Below are positions 55,012 through 62,718 of a DNA stretch of 64,000 nt, one piece after another. The notes beneath the pieces are model-generated. The model did no database searches. It was not told the origin of the DNA and saw only the letters and a list, made by a program, of their open reading frames with translations. A program made the translations under genes and the position numbers. Positions within the stretch are counted from its first letter, which is position 1. The number at the start of each line of letters is the position of its first letter. The DNA is taken from positions 233,726-297,725 of IMG/VR virus record IMGVR_UViG_3300023278_002893; one strand, given 5' to 3'.

Positions 55012-55433
55012 GTGTAAGATGCGGACATATTATGCGCCTCGAGGACCTCCACGGAGTGAGTGGGACGGGCAAGATCGCCGATGTCTTCGAAGCCTCCAAT
55101 GGTAAGTGCATTGTGGTTTGGATCTCGGCTCATTCTAGCACCAATATTTACGACAATGTGAAGCACGTTGAATCCACCCATAGCCATGGAGGTAAGACTC
55201 TGGTGATCTGGGACTGGGAATCTCCGCCCGATCCAGATCCCATGGATGCGCTCAAGAAGGACGATATCGACAAGCCGGAATTCAGTGCCGCTGAGATCGA
55301 AGAAATCTCGAAAGACGAAGCAGAGGACGTCCAGAAGCGTATTGCGCATAAGATTGCGGAGAAGTTGAGTGATCCCGCCCCAATCGAAGAATCTCCCGAG
55401 AAAAAGGAAGAAGAGAGGGACGAAAAGACGTAA
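55008..55433 (+). CDS. hypothetical protein with acidic tail
   Basis: DLHGVSGTGKIADV...GKCIVVW...HSHGGKT. Confidence 0.7.
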   Translation: MSVRCGHIMRLEDLHGVSGTGKIADVFEASNGKCIVVWISAHSSTNIYDNVKHVESTHSHGGKTLVIWDWESPPDPDPMDALKKDDIDKPEFSAAEIEEISKDEAEDVQKRIAHKIAEKLSDPAPIEESPEKKEEERDEKT

Positions 55434-55520
55434 GGCGGTAGAGAAGTTGGTAATGACAGAGTAGAGGATAACACCCTCCACCCCGTCCGCCCCCGAACCC
55501 AAATTTAGAAGGAGAACACA

Positions 55521-55952
55521 ATGCCCGACCAAATCAACCCCGTAGATGCAATCGGAATGGCCCTAACCCCCGGAACAATCTTCAACCAGGGAGGTAACAT
55601 CTGGCGCTCAGCAAGTGCTCTCGGCCAGTTCGCCGCACTTGGCAGTCGAGAGGTTCTGGCATTGATCGTTGCCCACCTGTCGGATAAGGTGACCATCCGA
55701 CCCAGCGCCAAGAATCCCCAAAATGGACCCCTCATTGCTCTCACCGAGTTCATCCCCGACGATCTGGTCGATGGAGAAGGCGTGGTCCAGGTGAAGATAA
55801 TGGGAGGTAACGCAGTCGCACCAGACCCCGCTCCCGCAGCAGCGCTGTCCAAGATCGTAGAGAATGCGGGCCAAGTCGGCGGTGATCCGATCAAGGTGAA
55901 TGAAGTTGGTCCAGCACTGGCTGGGCTGGCAATACAAGGACCTCAGGAATAA
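55521..55952 (+). CDS. hypothetical protein
   Basis: AAGGAG RBS. Confidence 0.75.
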   Translation: MPDQINPVDAIGMALTPGTIFNQGGNIWRSASALGQFAALGSREVLALIVAHLSDKVTIRPSAKNPQNGPLIALTEFIPDDLVDGEGVVQVKIMGGNAVAPDPAPAAALSKIVENAGQVGGDPIKVNEVGPALAGLAIQGPQE

Positions 55953-56026
55953 TCGAACCACCTGGGTGATTAGATATCCGAACGAGGTGTGCGATGTAGC
56001 GCAATCCTAGTAAATCGGATAATCAC

Positions 56027-56281
56027 ATGCGAAGAATCTTAGAAATGCTCATTTCGAAGAAGAATCGCGATGATCTTTGGTACAATCTCGAACGAGTATG
56101 GGTGGAACACCTGTACTACGACGAACTCAGACGCCTTTGGGACCTAATCGGGTCAGGGGCGCTTGAAGACGCAGAAAAGTTGATGAAAATGCTTCACCAG
56201 GAGCACCATCACTTGGAACCAGAATTAGTGCGTGCCAGAGCATTGATACGACGCCAATGTAACTCAACTGGATTAGAGTAG
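56027..56281 (+). CDS. hypothetical protein ending inside tRNA-Thr
   Basis: EPELVRARALIRR; stop at 56279-56281 lies within the tRNA. Confidence 0.6.
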   Translation: MRRILEMLISKKNRDDLWYNLERVWVEHLYYDELRRLWDLIGSGALEDAEKLMKMLHQEHHHLEPELVRARALIRRQCNSTGLE

Positions 56282-56330
56282 CCGTCTCGTAAGCGGCAAG
56301 TTCTCGGTTCGAATCCGAGCATTGGCTCCA
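56253..56330 (+). tRNA. tRNA-Thr(CGT)
   Basis: GCCAATG/CATTGGC; GCCGT-CTCGTAA-GCGGC; CCA. Confidence 0.95.
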
Positions 56331-56345
56331 CATAAGGACTTGAGT

Positions 56346-56540
56346 ATGTTACCTGGAGATATCCGGAACGAGTTGGAGAAAACGCTCGCGGGTATGACCG
56401 CATTGGAAAGACATTTCGACGCAATGATCGGTAAAGGAGTAGATAAACTCCGACCTGTCCGATTGGAGTTGGAAGAAGCAGTTGATGCAATCGGTCGTGC
56501 CATAAACGAGCTGGATGACGCATTCAGTAAGATCAATTAG
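56346..56540 (+). CDS. small helical protein
   Basis: AAGGA RBS; the last base of the stop is tRNA-Arg nt 1. Confidence 0.65.
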   Translation: MLPGDIRNELEKTLAGMTALERHFDAMIGKGVDKLRPVRLELEEAVDAIGRAINELDDAFSKIN

Positions 56541-56616
56541 CGCCCGTAATTCAACTGGATAGAATGACAGACTTCGAATCTGTTCGTTGGAGGTTCGAAT
56601 CCTCCCGGGCGTGCCA
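56540..56616 (+). tRNA. tRNA-Arg(TCG)
   Basis: GCGCCCG/CGGGCGT; ACAGA-CTTCGAA-TCTGT; CCA. Confidence 0.95.
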
Positions 56617-56626
56617 GACAGGAGGC

Positions 56627-56866
56627 GTGATGAGAAAAGGGTATCGGAAAATCGTAGTCTGCGGAATGGATTTCGAATATAAGGTAGGCAAGACGATGGT
56701 AGATATTCGAGGTCTCGGACATGACTACCACGAAGCCGGGAATTTCCCCGAATTGACTGGAATGACCTGGAATGACATCGAACGTGCCCGGCACAAGGGT
56801 AATTTCTCCATCACACCGAAGATGATAGCCAAGATTATCGAATCAGAGATACCGACGGAGAATTAA
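56627..56866 (+). CDS. hypothetical protein
   Basis: AGGAGG RBS directly after the tRNA. Confidence 0.65.
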   Translation: MMRKGYRKIVVCGMDFEYKVGKTMVDIRGLGHDYHEAGNFPELTGMTWNDIERARHKGNFSITPKMIAKIIESEIPTEN

Positions 56867-56870
56867 CGTT

Positions 56871-57167
56871 ATGGGAAAAGTCATAATTGCCGTACCTTGC
56901 CACCGATGTAAAGGAAGTGGGTGGTTATTGTTTCGTGAAGGAACCAACGAATCACAACTCCAATTAGATCCAGGACACCGCAAACGTCAGAAAAGAGCGG
57001 GTAATTTCTTCATCCCCAGACCTGGTTGGTTTCGTCAATCCGATTGGGTCGCGCCTGGGTCATCGAAACGCTCGTATTACAGATTGGATGCGACCAAAGA
57101 ATGCTTTACCTGCAAGGGCCGGGGAGAGGTGCCTCAAAAAGCTAAGCTGTACGAAGAGGTATCTTGA
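56871..57167 (+). CDS. DnaJ-type Zn-finger small protein
   Basis: CHRCKGSG...CFTCKGRG. Confidence 0.7.
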   Translation: MGKVIIAVPCHRCKGSGWLLFREGTNESQLQLDPGHRKRQKRAGNFFIPRPGWFRQSDWVAPGSSKRSYYRLDATKECFTCKGRGEVPQKAKLYEEVS

Positions 57168-57355
57168 TGAATTGGATTAATCGGGCTGATGAAATACCTC
57201 CTGATATGGTGCGAATCTTGGTATTCAGCCCCGAGCATGAAGAAGGGCATTCGATGCGATACAGGGTCATGGATAGTCAGTTCTTCCACCTCTCAGGAGA
57301 CGGAACCCACTGGGCATTGCTTGAACCTCCTAGCTCCGATAGCTCAGTAGGATAG
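57164..57355 (+). CDS. DUF551-like small protein ending inside tRNA-Arg
   Basis: NWINRADEIP...ILVF...THWALL. Confidence 0.6.
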   Translation: MMNWINRADEIPPDMVRILVFSPEHEEGHSMRYRVMDSQFFHLSGDGTHWALLEPPSSDSSVG

Positions 57356-57406
57356 AGCGTCGGTTTCCTAAACCGTAGGCCGGGGGTTCGAATCCTCCTC
57401 GGAGCA
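57333..57406 (+). tRNA. tRNA-Arg(CCT), no encoded CCA
   Basis: GCTCCGA/TCGGAGC; CGGT-TTCCTAA-ACCG; GGTTCGAATCC. Confidence 0.9.
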
Positions 57407-57410
57407 CAAA

Positions 57411-58361
57411 ATGACACCAACCGAACAGGATGCTATAATACGCGCGACTGGTGTACCGCTGTCAAATGGCACCATTCTGCTCGTACTACTTGGACTTATA
57501 ATAAGCGTTCTTGTTGTTGGTATTCTAACCACTTGTTGGGAAGAATATCAAGACAGAAAAGGATACAGACGACATCCTCGCGGCCACCGCGGCGCACGGC
57601 CAACAAAACGGGCCCCTAGCTCAATAGGCTCAGAGCAGCTGGCTCTTAACCAGCAGGTTCCGGGTTCGAATCCCGGGGGGCTCACCAATTTGAATGGAGA
57701 AGGTGTGAGACGCCGAATAAAGTGGTATTTGGATCAACGTGTTGCGATCGCGAATGTGCCTGGAGGAGGTCAGCCGCAAAGATTCGAATGGAAAGACATC
57801 CCCCGGCCGCGAATCGATCCAAATGATGCAAGCAGGGGGTTTCGAGACTTCCGCAAAGGCGAGAATCGGGTATTTCTCCATTGGGGATCTGGCGATGGTG
57901 GAATTGGAACCGTGGACGATTTCTTGGATGAAGTAGAACTTCAAACGTACATTATCCGTTTAGTCTATGATATCCAAAGCAGGCACCTAATTCCTTCGGA
58001 AATCCTCGCAGATGCTAAGTTGGTCTACGAAAATCATTCTTGGGTGGATTCTTGGTCGCGTCGCCGTAATACAAATGGAAAGATTATCTATACGGATGCG
58101 ACGATTTGTCCCCCACCGAATCGCCATATCCAGTTTTCGGGGTACTGTAATAATCCGATCGGTAGGAATGTAAGATCATCAGTCCAAAGAGCGCAGAGGA
58201 GAACAAGAGTTATTGGAAAAATACACTCGGCGCAGAAAAAAGTAGAAATACCGGAAATTCCCGACGATGCGTGCTTTTTCGCCTTCAAAGCGGGTGCTTT
58301 TTATGAAAAAGATCAAAAACCTGGAAAATCTGCTTGCCGCGAAGAAGAAAAACAAGTATAA
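57411..58361 (+). CDS. ORF that reads through tRNA-Lys; probably two genes (TM protein at 57411 and a protein starting near 57704)
   Basis: N-terminal TM; codons spanning 57610-57687 are the tRNA sequence. Confidence 0.55.
   Translation: MTPTEQDAIIRATGVPLSNGTILLVLLGLIISVLVVGILTTCWEEYQDRKGYRRHPRGHRGARPTKRAPSSIGSEQLALNQQVPGSNPGGLTNLNGEGVRRRIKWYLDQRVAIANVPGGGQPQRFEWKDIPRPRIDPNDASRGFRDFRKGENRVFLHWGSGDGGIGTVDDFLDEVELQTYIIRLVYDIQSRHLIPSEILADAKLVYENHSWVDSWSRRRNTNGKIIYTDATICPPPNRHIQFSGYCNNPIGRNVRSSVQRAQRRTRVIGKIHSAQKKVEIPEIPDDACFFAFKAGAFYEKDQKPGKSACREEEKQV
57610..57687 (+). tRNA. tRNA-Lys(CTT)
   Basis: GGGCCCC/GGGGCTC; GCTGG-CTCTTAA-CCAGC; CCA. Confidence 0.95.
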
Positions 58362-58362
58362 T
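58334..58362 (+). promoter_or_regulatory. sigma70 promoter upstream of tRNA-Met
   Basis: TTGCCG, 17 nt, TATAAT; tRNA starts 10 nt downstream. Confidence 0.75.
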
Positions 58363-58372
58363 TGTTGTGCTT

Positions 58373-58446
58373 GGCGATGTAGCTCAGCTTGGAAGAGCGT
58401 CCCCTTCATATGGGGAAGGTCGGGATTTCGAAATTCCCCATCGCCA
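58373..58446 (+). tRNA. tRNA-Met(CAT), elongator-like (Ile2 not excluded), no CCA
   Basis: GGCGATG/CATCGCC; TCCCC-TTCATAT-GGGGA. Confidence 0.85.
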
Positions 58447-58471
58447 CAAGTAGAAGAAAAGGGAACTTATT

Positions 58472-58723
58472 ATGAGTTATTGCAGAAATAACGGAATCAA
58501 CAGTGACGTTTATGTCATCGCAACCAAAAACGGTGAAAAAGAGGTATGGGAGTGCGTAGGATGCACCCTAACGGAAAGAAGATACGGAAAGACCCTTGAT
58601 ACCCGATCGAAGATGCTGACCCACCTGGAGCATCACAGGGTTTTGGGCGATAAAGTTCCCATTTGTGCCACATCAAGGCTACAACGGGAAATACAAGAAA
58701 TGTTAAGCAACGACATAGAATGA
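58472..58723 (+). CDS. hypothetical protein
   Basis: MSYCR..SDVYV...ECVGC...HLEHHRVLGDKVP. Confidence 0.7.
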   Translation: MSYCRNNGINSDVYVIATKNGEKEVWECVGCTLTERRYGKTLDTRSKMLTHLEHHRVLGDKVPICATSRLQREIQEMLSNDIE

Positions 58724-58734
58724 ATACAATTTGA

Positions 58735-58809
58735 CGCGGAATAGAGAAGTCAGGTCATCTCATCAGGTTCATAACCTGAAAATCGGAGGTTCAAATCCTT
58801 CTTCCGCTA
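58735..58809 (+). tRNA. initiator-like tRNA-fMet(CAT), no CCA
   Basis: C1:T72 mismatch; GAGA/TCTC D stem; TCAGG-TTCATAA-CCTGA. Confidence 0.85.
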
Positions 58810-58973
58810 CAAGGTGAGAATTTGCTCAGGATTCGAGACTTTGCTGTTCCAGACCAAAAGGGATCTGGAAGGTTCCTATCGACATCCCGATCCAGAGGAA
58901 GAAGAGGATCATCCCCTAAGAGATTCCACGACTTAGAAAAAAAAGTAGGCTCCCACTACCAAGGATTAGTTTT

Positions 58974-59378
58974 ATGCGGATACCGACCCAACACGTGCCT
59001 AACTTGGCGCACCATGCGATTGTACACAAAGAAGGCATCGGCGTTATTCACTATAAGTGTAATGGGTTATTGATACGCGCGGGGGGTCGTACCCGGGATG
59101 AGACTTCCGGAATTCCGAGAAATGCGCCGGGAAAAATATTCTGCTCAACCTGTGGGTGTAAAGTAGGGCGTTCAGTAACCGCTCTACTCAAGAACGATTC
59201 TGAGCGTGAAAGTCTCTACGGTTTGGGGGGAGGATTAGAACTAAATGTAGGTGTCTACGTGACGGATCTGAAGGGGGGCGGGCAAGGTTTTTACCAATTC
59301 TGGTATTGGAGCAAGATTAAGAAGGTCAGTCGGTCTGAACATGATGCTCCAGTTTTGATCGGCCGAAAAAAAAGTTAG
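58974..59378 (+). CDS. hypothetical protein (start uncertain); stop abuts tRNA-Asp
   Basis: FCSTCGC; TAG ends on tRNA nt 1. Confidence 0.45.
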   Translation: MRIPTQHVPNLAHHAIVHKEGIGVIHYKCNGLLIRAGGRTRDETSGIPRNAPGKIFCSTCGCKVGRSVTALLKNDSERESLYGLGGGLELNVGVYVTDLKGGGQGFYQFWYWSKIKKVSRSEHDAPVLIGRKKS

Positions 59379-59455
59379 CCCCGGCGGTCCAGCATGGAGT
59401 GGACGCTGCCCTGTCACGGCGGAGATCGCGGGTTCAAATCCCGCTCGGGGCGCCA
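59378..59455 (+). tRNA. tRNA-Asp(GTC)
   Basis: GCCCCGG/TCGGGGC; CTGCC-CTGTCAC-GGCGG; CCA. Confidence 0.95.
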
Positions 59456-59482
59456 GATCGTCTATAAAAAGGAGAGCCAATT

Positions 59483-59734
59483 ATGAAAGAAGTATTATAC
59501 TTTTCAGCTAACTGGTGTGTGCCCTGTAAGCAGATGAAGCCAATCGTAAAGCAAGTCGAAGAAGCCACGGGTGTGTCTTTCAGATTACTGGATGCGGATA
59601 CCGAATCAGAGCTGTCATTCACACATAAGGTCAGAGCGGTACCAACTTTCGTCTATCTAGAAGACGGAGTAGAGATTTCCCGCGCCACTGGCGCGCAAAC
59701 AGCAAACGAGCTGACATCTGCCTTGTCGCTCTAA
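59483..59734 (+). CDS. trxA: thioredoxin
   Basis: YFSANWCVPCKQMKP...VRAVPTFV. Confidence 0.9.
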   Translation: MKEVLYFSANWCVPCKQMKPIVKQVEEATGVSFRLLDADTESELSFTHKVRAVPTFVYLEDGVEISRATGAQTANELTSALSL

Positions 59735-59738
59735 ACAT

Positions 59739-59815
59739 GCTCCTGTAGGCTAGTGGATAAGGCCGTCAGTCTTTCAAGCTGAAGATCGCGGGTTCAAATC
59801 CCGCCAGGAGCACCA
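59739..59815 (+). tRNA. tRNA-Glu(TTC)
   Basis: GCTCCTG/CAGGAGC; TCAGT-CTTTCAA-GCTGA; CCA. Confidence 0.95.
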
Positions 59816-59820
59816 ATTTC

Positions 59821-59883
59821 GGGGCATTACCCGGCGCACCTCATTCCTGCTAAGGATGGGCATGAGCCGGGTAACCCCCACCA
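59821..59883 (+). ncRNA. armless tRNA-like hairpin with CT-GCT-AA loop and 3' ACCA
   Basis: GGGG/CCCC plus TTACCCGGC/GCCGGGTAA stems; inner ATTC/GGAT closing a 7-nt loop; ends A-CCA. Confidence 0.55.
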
Positions 59884-59885
59884 AT

Positions 59886-60306
59886 TTGACGGGCTTCGCG
59901 CGAGGAAAACTGCAAACTTTTGCCTGTGAGAAGAAGCAGATACAGGTACTCTTCGGTCTGGTCAGGAGACTCAGCCAGACCCCGTCAATATTTACCACCC
60001 TGATTAGTTGGTGAGGCTTACCCTTGCATCCTGCTCGCAAATGGATGGCTAGTCAGACAATTATGACCGTGGAGCAGAGGAAGAGCTGCCCCTGACTATC
60101 AATGACGCGCCGGTTCATCCCAGGTATCATCAAAGACTCCCGTGCTTGGCTCGCGACTCGAACGGAAAGTCTGGTATCTGTAGTGGTGTAAAAGGCACCA
60201 TCCCTAAGGGGAGGGTACGGAGTCGTCCTGCGTGGGTTTGCGCTGTGCCCTAAACGGCGACAGGGATTTCGACGGGATAGCCGGGAGAGAAACCGGACAC
60301 GGGCAC
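59886..60306 (+). ncRNA. candidate structured ncRNA(s), class unknown
   Basis: No RBS-led ORF; stems TTGACGGG/CCCGTCAA, GGTCTGG/CCAGACC, TAGTCAG/CTGACTA, GACTCC/GGAGTC, GTGCCC/GGGCAC. Confidence 0.45.
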
Positions 60307-60353
60307 CCTAAAGCAAGAGGAGAAAAATCATGCACTATTTCAAAGGAGAGACC

Positions 60354-60431
60354 ATGAACACAATTCAGGACTAGGAATAAGTTAGGTCTGCACTGAAGCA
60401 GATCCCTCCTAGTCCAGGAGGTTGTGTTCAT
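60354..60431 (+). promoter_or_regulatory. leader hairpin sequestering the RBS and start codon of the next ORF
   Basis: ATGAACACAA/TTGTGTTCAT, GGACTAGGA/TCCTAGTCC, TCTGC/GCAGA. Confidence 0.7.
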
Positions 60432-60573
60432 GAACAAGAAGAACGAGAGCGTGCGCTGGGTTTATAACAAGAGCCGTGTCAATGAGCCCTTCAAGAAGAT
60501 CGCTGGTTTCGAGGCCTGGTTCTATACGGGCGGATCGCAGCACTTCGGACATTATCCCGGCAAGAAGCGCTAG
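60430..60573 (+). CDS. 47-aa basic/aromatic peptide
   Basis: AGGAGG RBS; MNKKNESVRWVYNKSRVNEPFKKIAGFEAWFYTGGSQHFGHYPGKKR; followed by a TTCG hairpin at 60580-60605. Confidence 0.65.
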   Translation: MNKKNESVRWVYNKSRVNEPFKKIAGFEAWFYTGGSQHFGHYPGKKR

Positions 60574-60624
60574 TACATCGAGGGAGATCCTTCGGGATCT
60601 CCCTCCCAAGGAAGGAAAAATCAG

Positions 60625-60954
60625 ATGGGAACTAAGAAGGAAGTAGAACCAGTTCCAAGAAGACAGGAAAAGGTTCTTGCCTATTGGGTAATCTTCAAGG
60701 GCAAGAAGAGGGACACCAATCGAAGATACTTCATGTCAAACAACTACGAGGGGTGGTACTGCACAGGCCCTCCCGTACTACGGAGCGTTCCCAGACCCCA
60801 CAACGCTGCCCACTACAAAACTGAAAGGGAAGCCATCGAGGTGATGGAGTCGGAATGGGAAGTTCCCGATGCGAGCGCAAACAGTCTGAAAGCTGCGGGA
60901 TTCGAGTTCGTCTGTGAGGTGACCCAGACAACTTGCTTGGAGACCTCCGCATAA
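60625..60954 (+). CDS. hypothetical protein
   Basis: AAGGAAGG RBS. Confidence 0.65.
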   Translation: MGTKKEVEPVPRRQEKVLAYWVIFKGKKRDTNRRYFMSNNYEGWYCTGPPVLRSVPRPHNAAHYKTEREAIEVMESEWEVPDASANSLKAAGFEFVCEVTQTTCLETSA

Positions 60955-61004
60955 GGGATTGAAGTGGTCAGAGCGTAGTGCTCCCTCTCCACGAAGAAGA
61001 CTAA

Positions 61005-61081
61005 GCTCCTGTCGTCTAACGGCTTAGGACACCGCCCTCTCAAGGCGGAGACTGCGGGTTCGAATCCCGCCAGGAGTACCA
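61005..61081 (+). tRNA. tRNA-Glu(CTC)
   Basis: GCTCCTG/CAGGAGT; CCGCC-CTCTCAA-GGCGG; CCA. Confidence 0.95.
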
Positions 61082-61091
61082 GGAGATAAAG

Positions 61092-61298
61092 ATGCCAAAA
61101 GTTCACGGTGTCCACATGAGATGGACGCACCAGGAAGGGTCTTGCTTCAAGTGTGGCAAGAAGAAAGATCCCAAACACTACATGGTGGAAGTAGAAAAGA
61201 CGATCATCTTGTGCTACGATTGCGTTCAAGCTTTTAGGGAGAGGTTCAGTAATGGAAACAGTAATTCTGGCCGGCGGACAAAGATTCCTCGCACATGA
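61092..61298 (+). CDS. small Zn-ribbon (ClpX-N-like) protein
   Basis: AGGAG RBS; CFKC...LCYDCV. Confidence 0.6.
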   Translation: MPKVHGVHMRWTHQEGSCFKCGKKKDPKHYMVEVEKTIILCYDCVQAFRERFSNGNSNSGRRTKIPRT

Positions 61299-61521
61299 CG
61301 AGGGTGATTGTATCGGAGAGTTTTGCTGCATCCACAATCCCAGCGACCACCACATGAAAGACTGGCCCCAGTTCTGGAGAGCAGATAAAGGAGTAATGGA
61401 GAGACTCTGTGAGCACGGAATAGGTCATCCAGATCCCGACGATCTTCTCATCAGCGGGCCAGTAGAAGGTAGATCCCAATGGGCTTCGATACATGGATGC
61501 GATGGGTGTTGCCGTGGATAA
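61252..61521 (+). CDS. Cys/His-rich phage-type protein
   Basis: CCIHNPSDHHM...MERLCEHGIGHPDPD...HGCDGCC. Confidence 0.7.
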   Translation: METVILAGGQRFLAHDEGDCIGEFCCIHNPSDHHMKDWPQFWRADKGVMERLCEHGIGHPDPDDLLISGPVEGRSQWASIHGCDGCCRG

Positions 61522-61882
61522 TCCTCTCTGGTGTGAAGTAGCAACCCAATACGACAAGGATTACAAGAAGCTGGACGCTGATGAACCTTTCGCCTCCTTT
61601 AGTTTCATCCGGCTGACCAATCTCTATGCTGTGGCGTGTGTTTGCTATTACGAATACGATTTCTCGCCGGTGGAAGATCATATCTTCGATGGCCTGTGTC
61701 ATTACCTCCTGGAATTCTACGATGAAGCCATGTCTGCGGGAGTGTGGGGAGGAGTCCTCGAAAAAGAAATGTTGAAGGCCGGTTCCGGATACCACTGCAA
61801 AGGATTCCGGCTCGCCATTCACAATATCGCCCACTACGTACGACAAATTACCGCAAGGAGAAAATATGTCGCCGCGACGTAA
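61493..61882 (+). CDS. stand-alone protein resembling NAD-dependent DNA ligase subdomain Ia
   Basis: YAVACVCYYEYDFSPVEDHIFDGLC resembles YY..D.P.ISD..YD.L. Confidence 0.55.
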   Translation: MDAMGVAVDNPLWCEVATQYDKDYKKLDADEPFASFSFIRLTNLYAVACVCYYEYDFSPVEDHIFDGLCHYLLEFYDEAMSAGVWGGVLEKEMLKAGSGYHCKGFRLAIHNIAHYVRQITARRKYVAAT

Positions 61883-62042
61883 AAGATGTGCATATTGTAA
61901 CATGCTCACGTATAAGTGGCAGAGCTACAACGGAAGCGTCACTCACTGCTACGATGGGTGCTATTCCACAACAGGAATCGATCACCGAACCGAAGACGGG
62001 AAACCTCTTTGGAAGGGTGGTAAAGCAAAAAAGGTAAGGTGA
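61866..62042 (+). CDS. 58-aa protein whose stop lies in tRNA-Ser
   Basis: AAGGAG RBS; CAYC...HCYDGC; TGA at 62040-62042. Confidence 0.6.
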   Translation: MSPRRKRCAYCNMLTYKWQSYNGSVTHCYDGCYSTTGIDHRTEDGKPLWKGGKAKKVR

Positions 62043-62124
62043 CCGAGAGGCCGATGGTAACGGTTTGCTAAACCGTCGTGGTCTGACAATGCCACCGTGG
62101 GTTCGAATCCCACCCTTACCGCCA
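62033..62124 (+). tRNA. tRNA-Ser(GCT)
   Basis: GGTAAGG/CCTTACC; ACGGT-TTGCTAA-ACCGT; long variable arm; G73, CCA. Confidence 0.95.
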
Positions 62125-62234
62125 AGGAGATAACATGAACAGACTTAGAGGCGCGTTAGACTCTTTCTTCGCGGGGATTATGATCCTCCTCATCACTGTG
62201 TCTGAACAGCTCGCACGTAGGAGACGGAAGAAGA

Positions 62235-62441
62235 ATGCCGATCTATGAATACCTGTGCGAGCACGGGCACAAGTTCGAAGAGGTTCAGTCCATCAAGGAC
62301 GAGCCGATCAAGACTTGTCCCGAGATCATACCTTTTTCCGGACCAGACTTCACAAAATGTGACGGCGCGGTCAAAAGACTCATCAGCCGCACCTCTTTCA
62401 TCCTCAAGGGTGATAGTTGGGCCAAGGACGGATACAAGTGA
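62235..62441 (+). CDS. FmdB-family Zn-ribbon protein
   Basis: [29 protein letters not shown]...[21 protein letters not shown]. Confidence 0.9.
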   Translation: MPIYEYLCEHGHKFEEVQSIKDEPIKTCPEIIPFSGPDFTKCDGAVKRLISRTSFILKGDSWAKDGYK

Positions 62442-62692
62442 TCCTGGTAGATGGCGTGCTACGAATTCTCGACGGGGAAGAAGGAGAGGTTACTTCTTTC
62501 AAGGCAATACATGCGGACGCTCTACGGATCTGCAAAGAGACAGGTTCGGTACTAGATCTGGCCGTTTCTGATGTAGATCTGTATCTGGAAACTTCAGATC
62601 TGGATGTAGCAAAGAGGGTCGCTGTCTGCTACAGTCCTAGTCTGAAGGTCGAGCGGGTTGGTCCGAAAGAATACCGTATCTTTTGGCCCTGA
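62438..62692 (+). CDS. hypothetical protein
   Basis: GTGA overlap with the FmdB stop. Confidence 0.6.
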   Translation: MILVDGVLRILDGEEGEVTSFKAIHADALRICKETGSVLDLAVSDVDLYLETSDLDVAKRVAVCYSPSLKVERVGPKEYRIFWP

Positions 62693-62718
62693 AATGGTCA
62701 ATTTAGGTAAGTAATTAT

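Noticed and set aside
12490-55894. Long minus-strand ORFs such as 12490..13035, 17375..18037, 28370..29224, 31584..32321, 38413..39192, 39323..40009, 54933..55532
   Set aside because: Antisense to recognisable genes with strong codon bias, which suppresses stops on the opposite strand; no RBS or recognisable motifs.
59955-59981. SRP RNA helix 8 (GGTCAGG...CAGCC)
   Set aside because: Lacks the GNRA-capped tip and the AGCA side of the symmetric loop.
60255-60310. tmRNA 5' end (GGATTTCGACGGGA resembles GGATTCGACGGG)
   Set aside because: No GGGG acceptor start, no G3.U70 pair, no T-arm/CCA partner and no tag reading frame were found.
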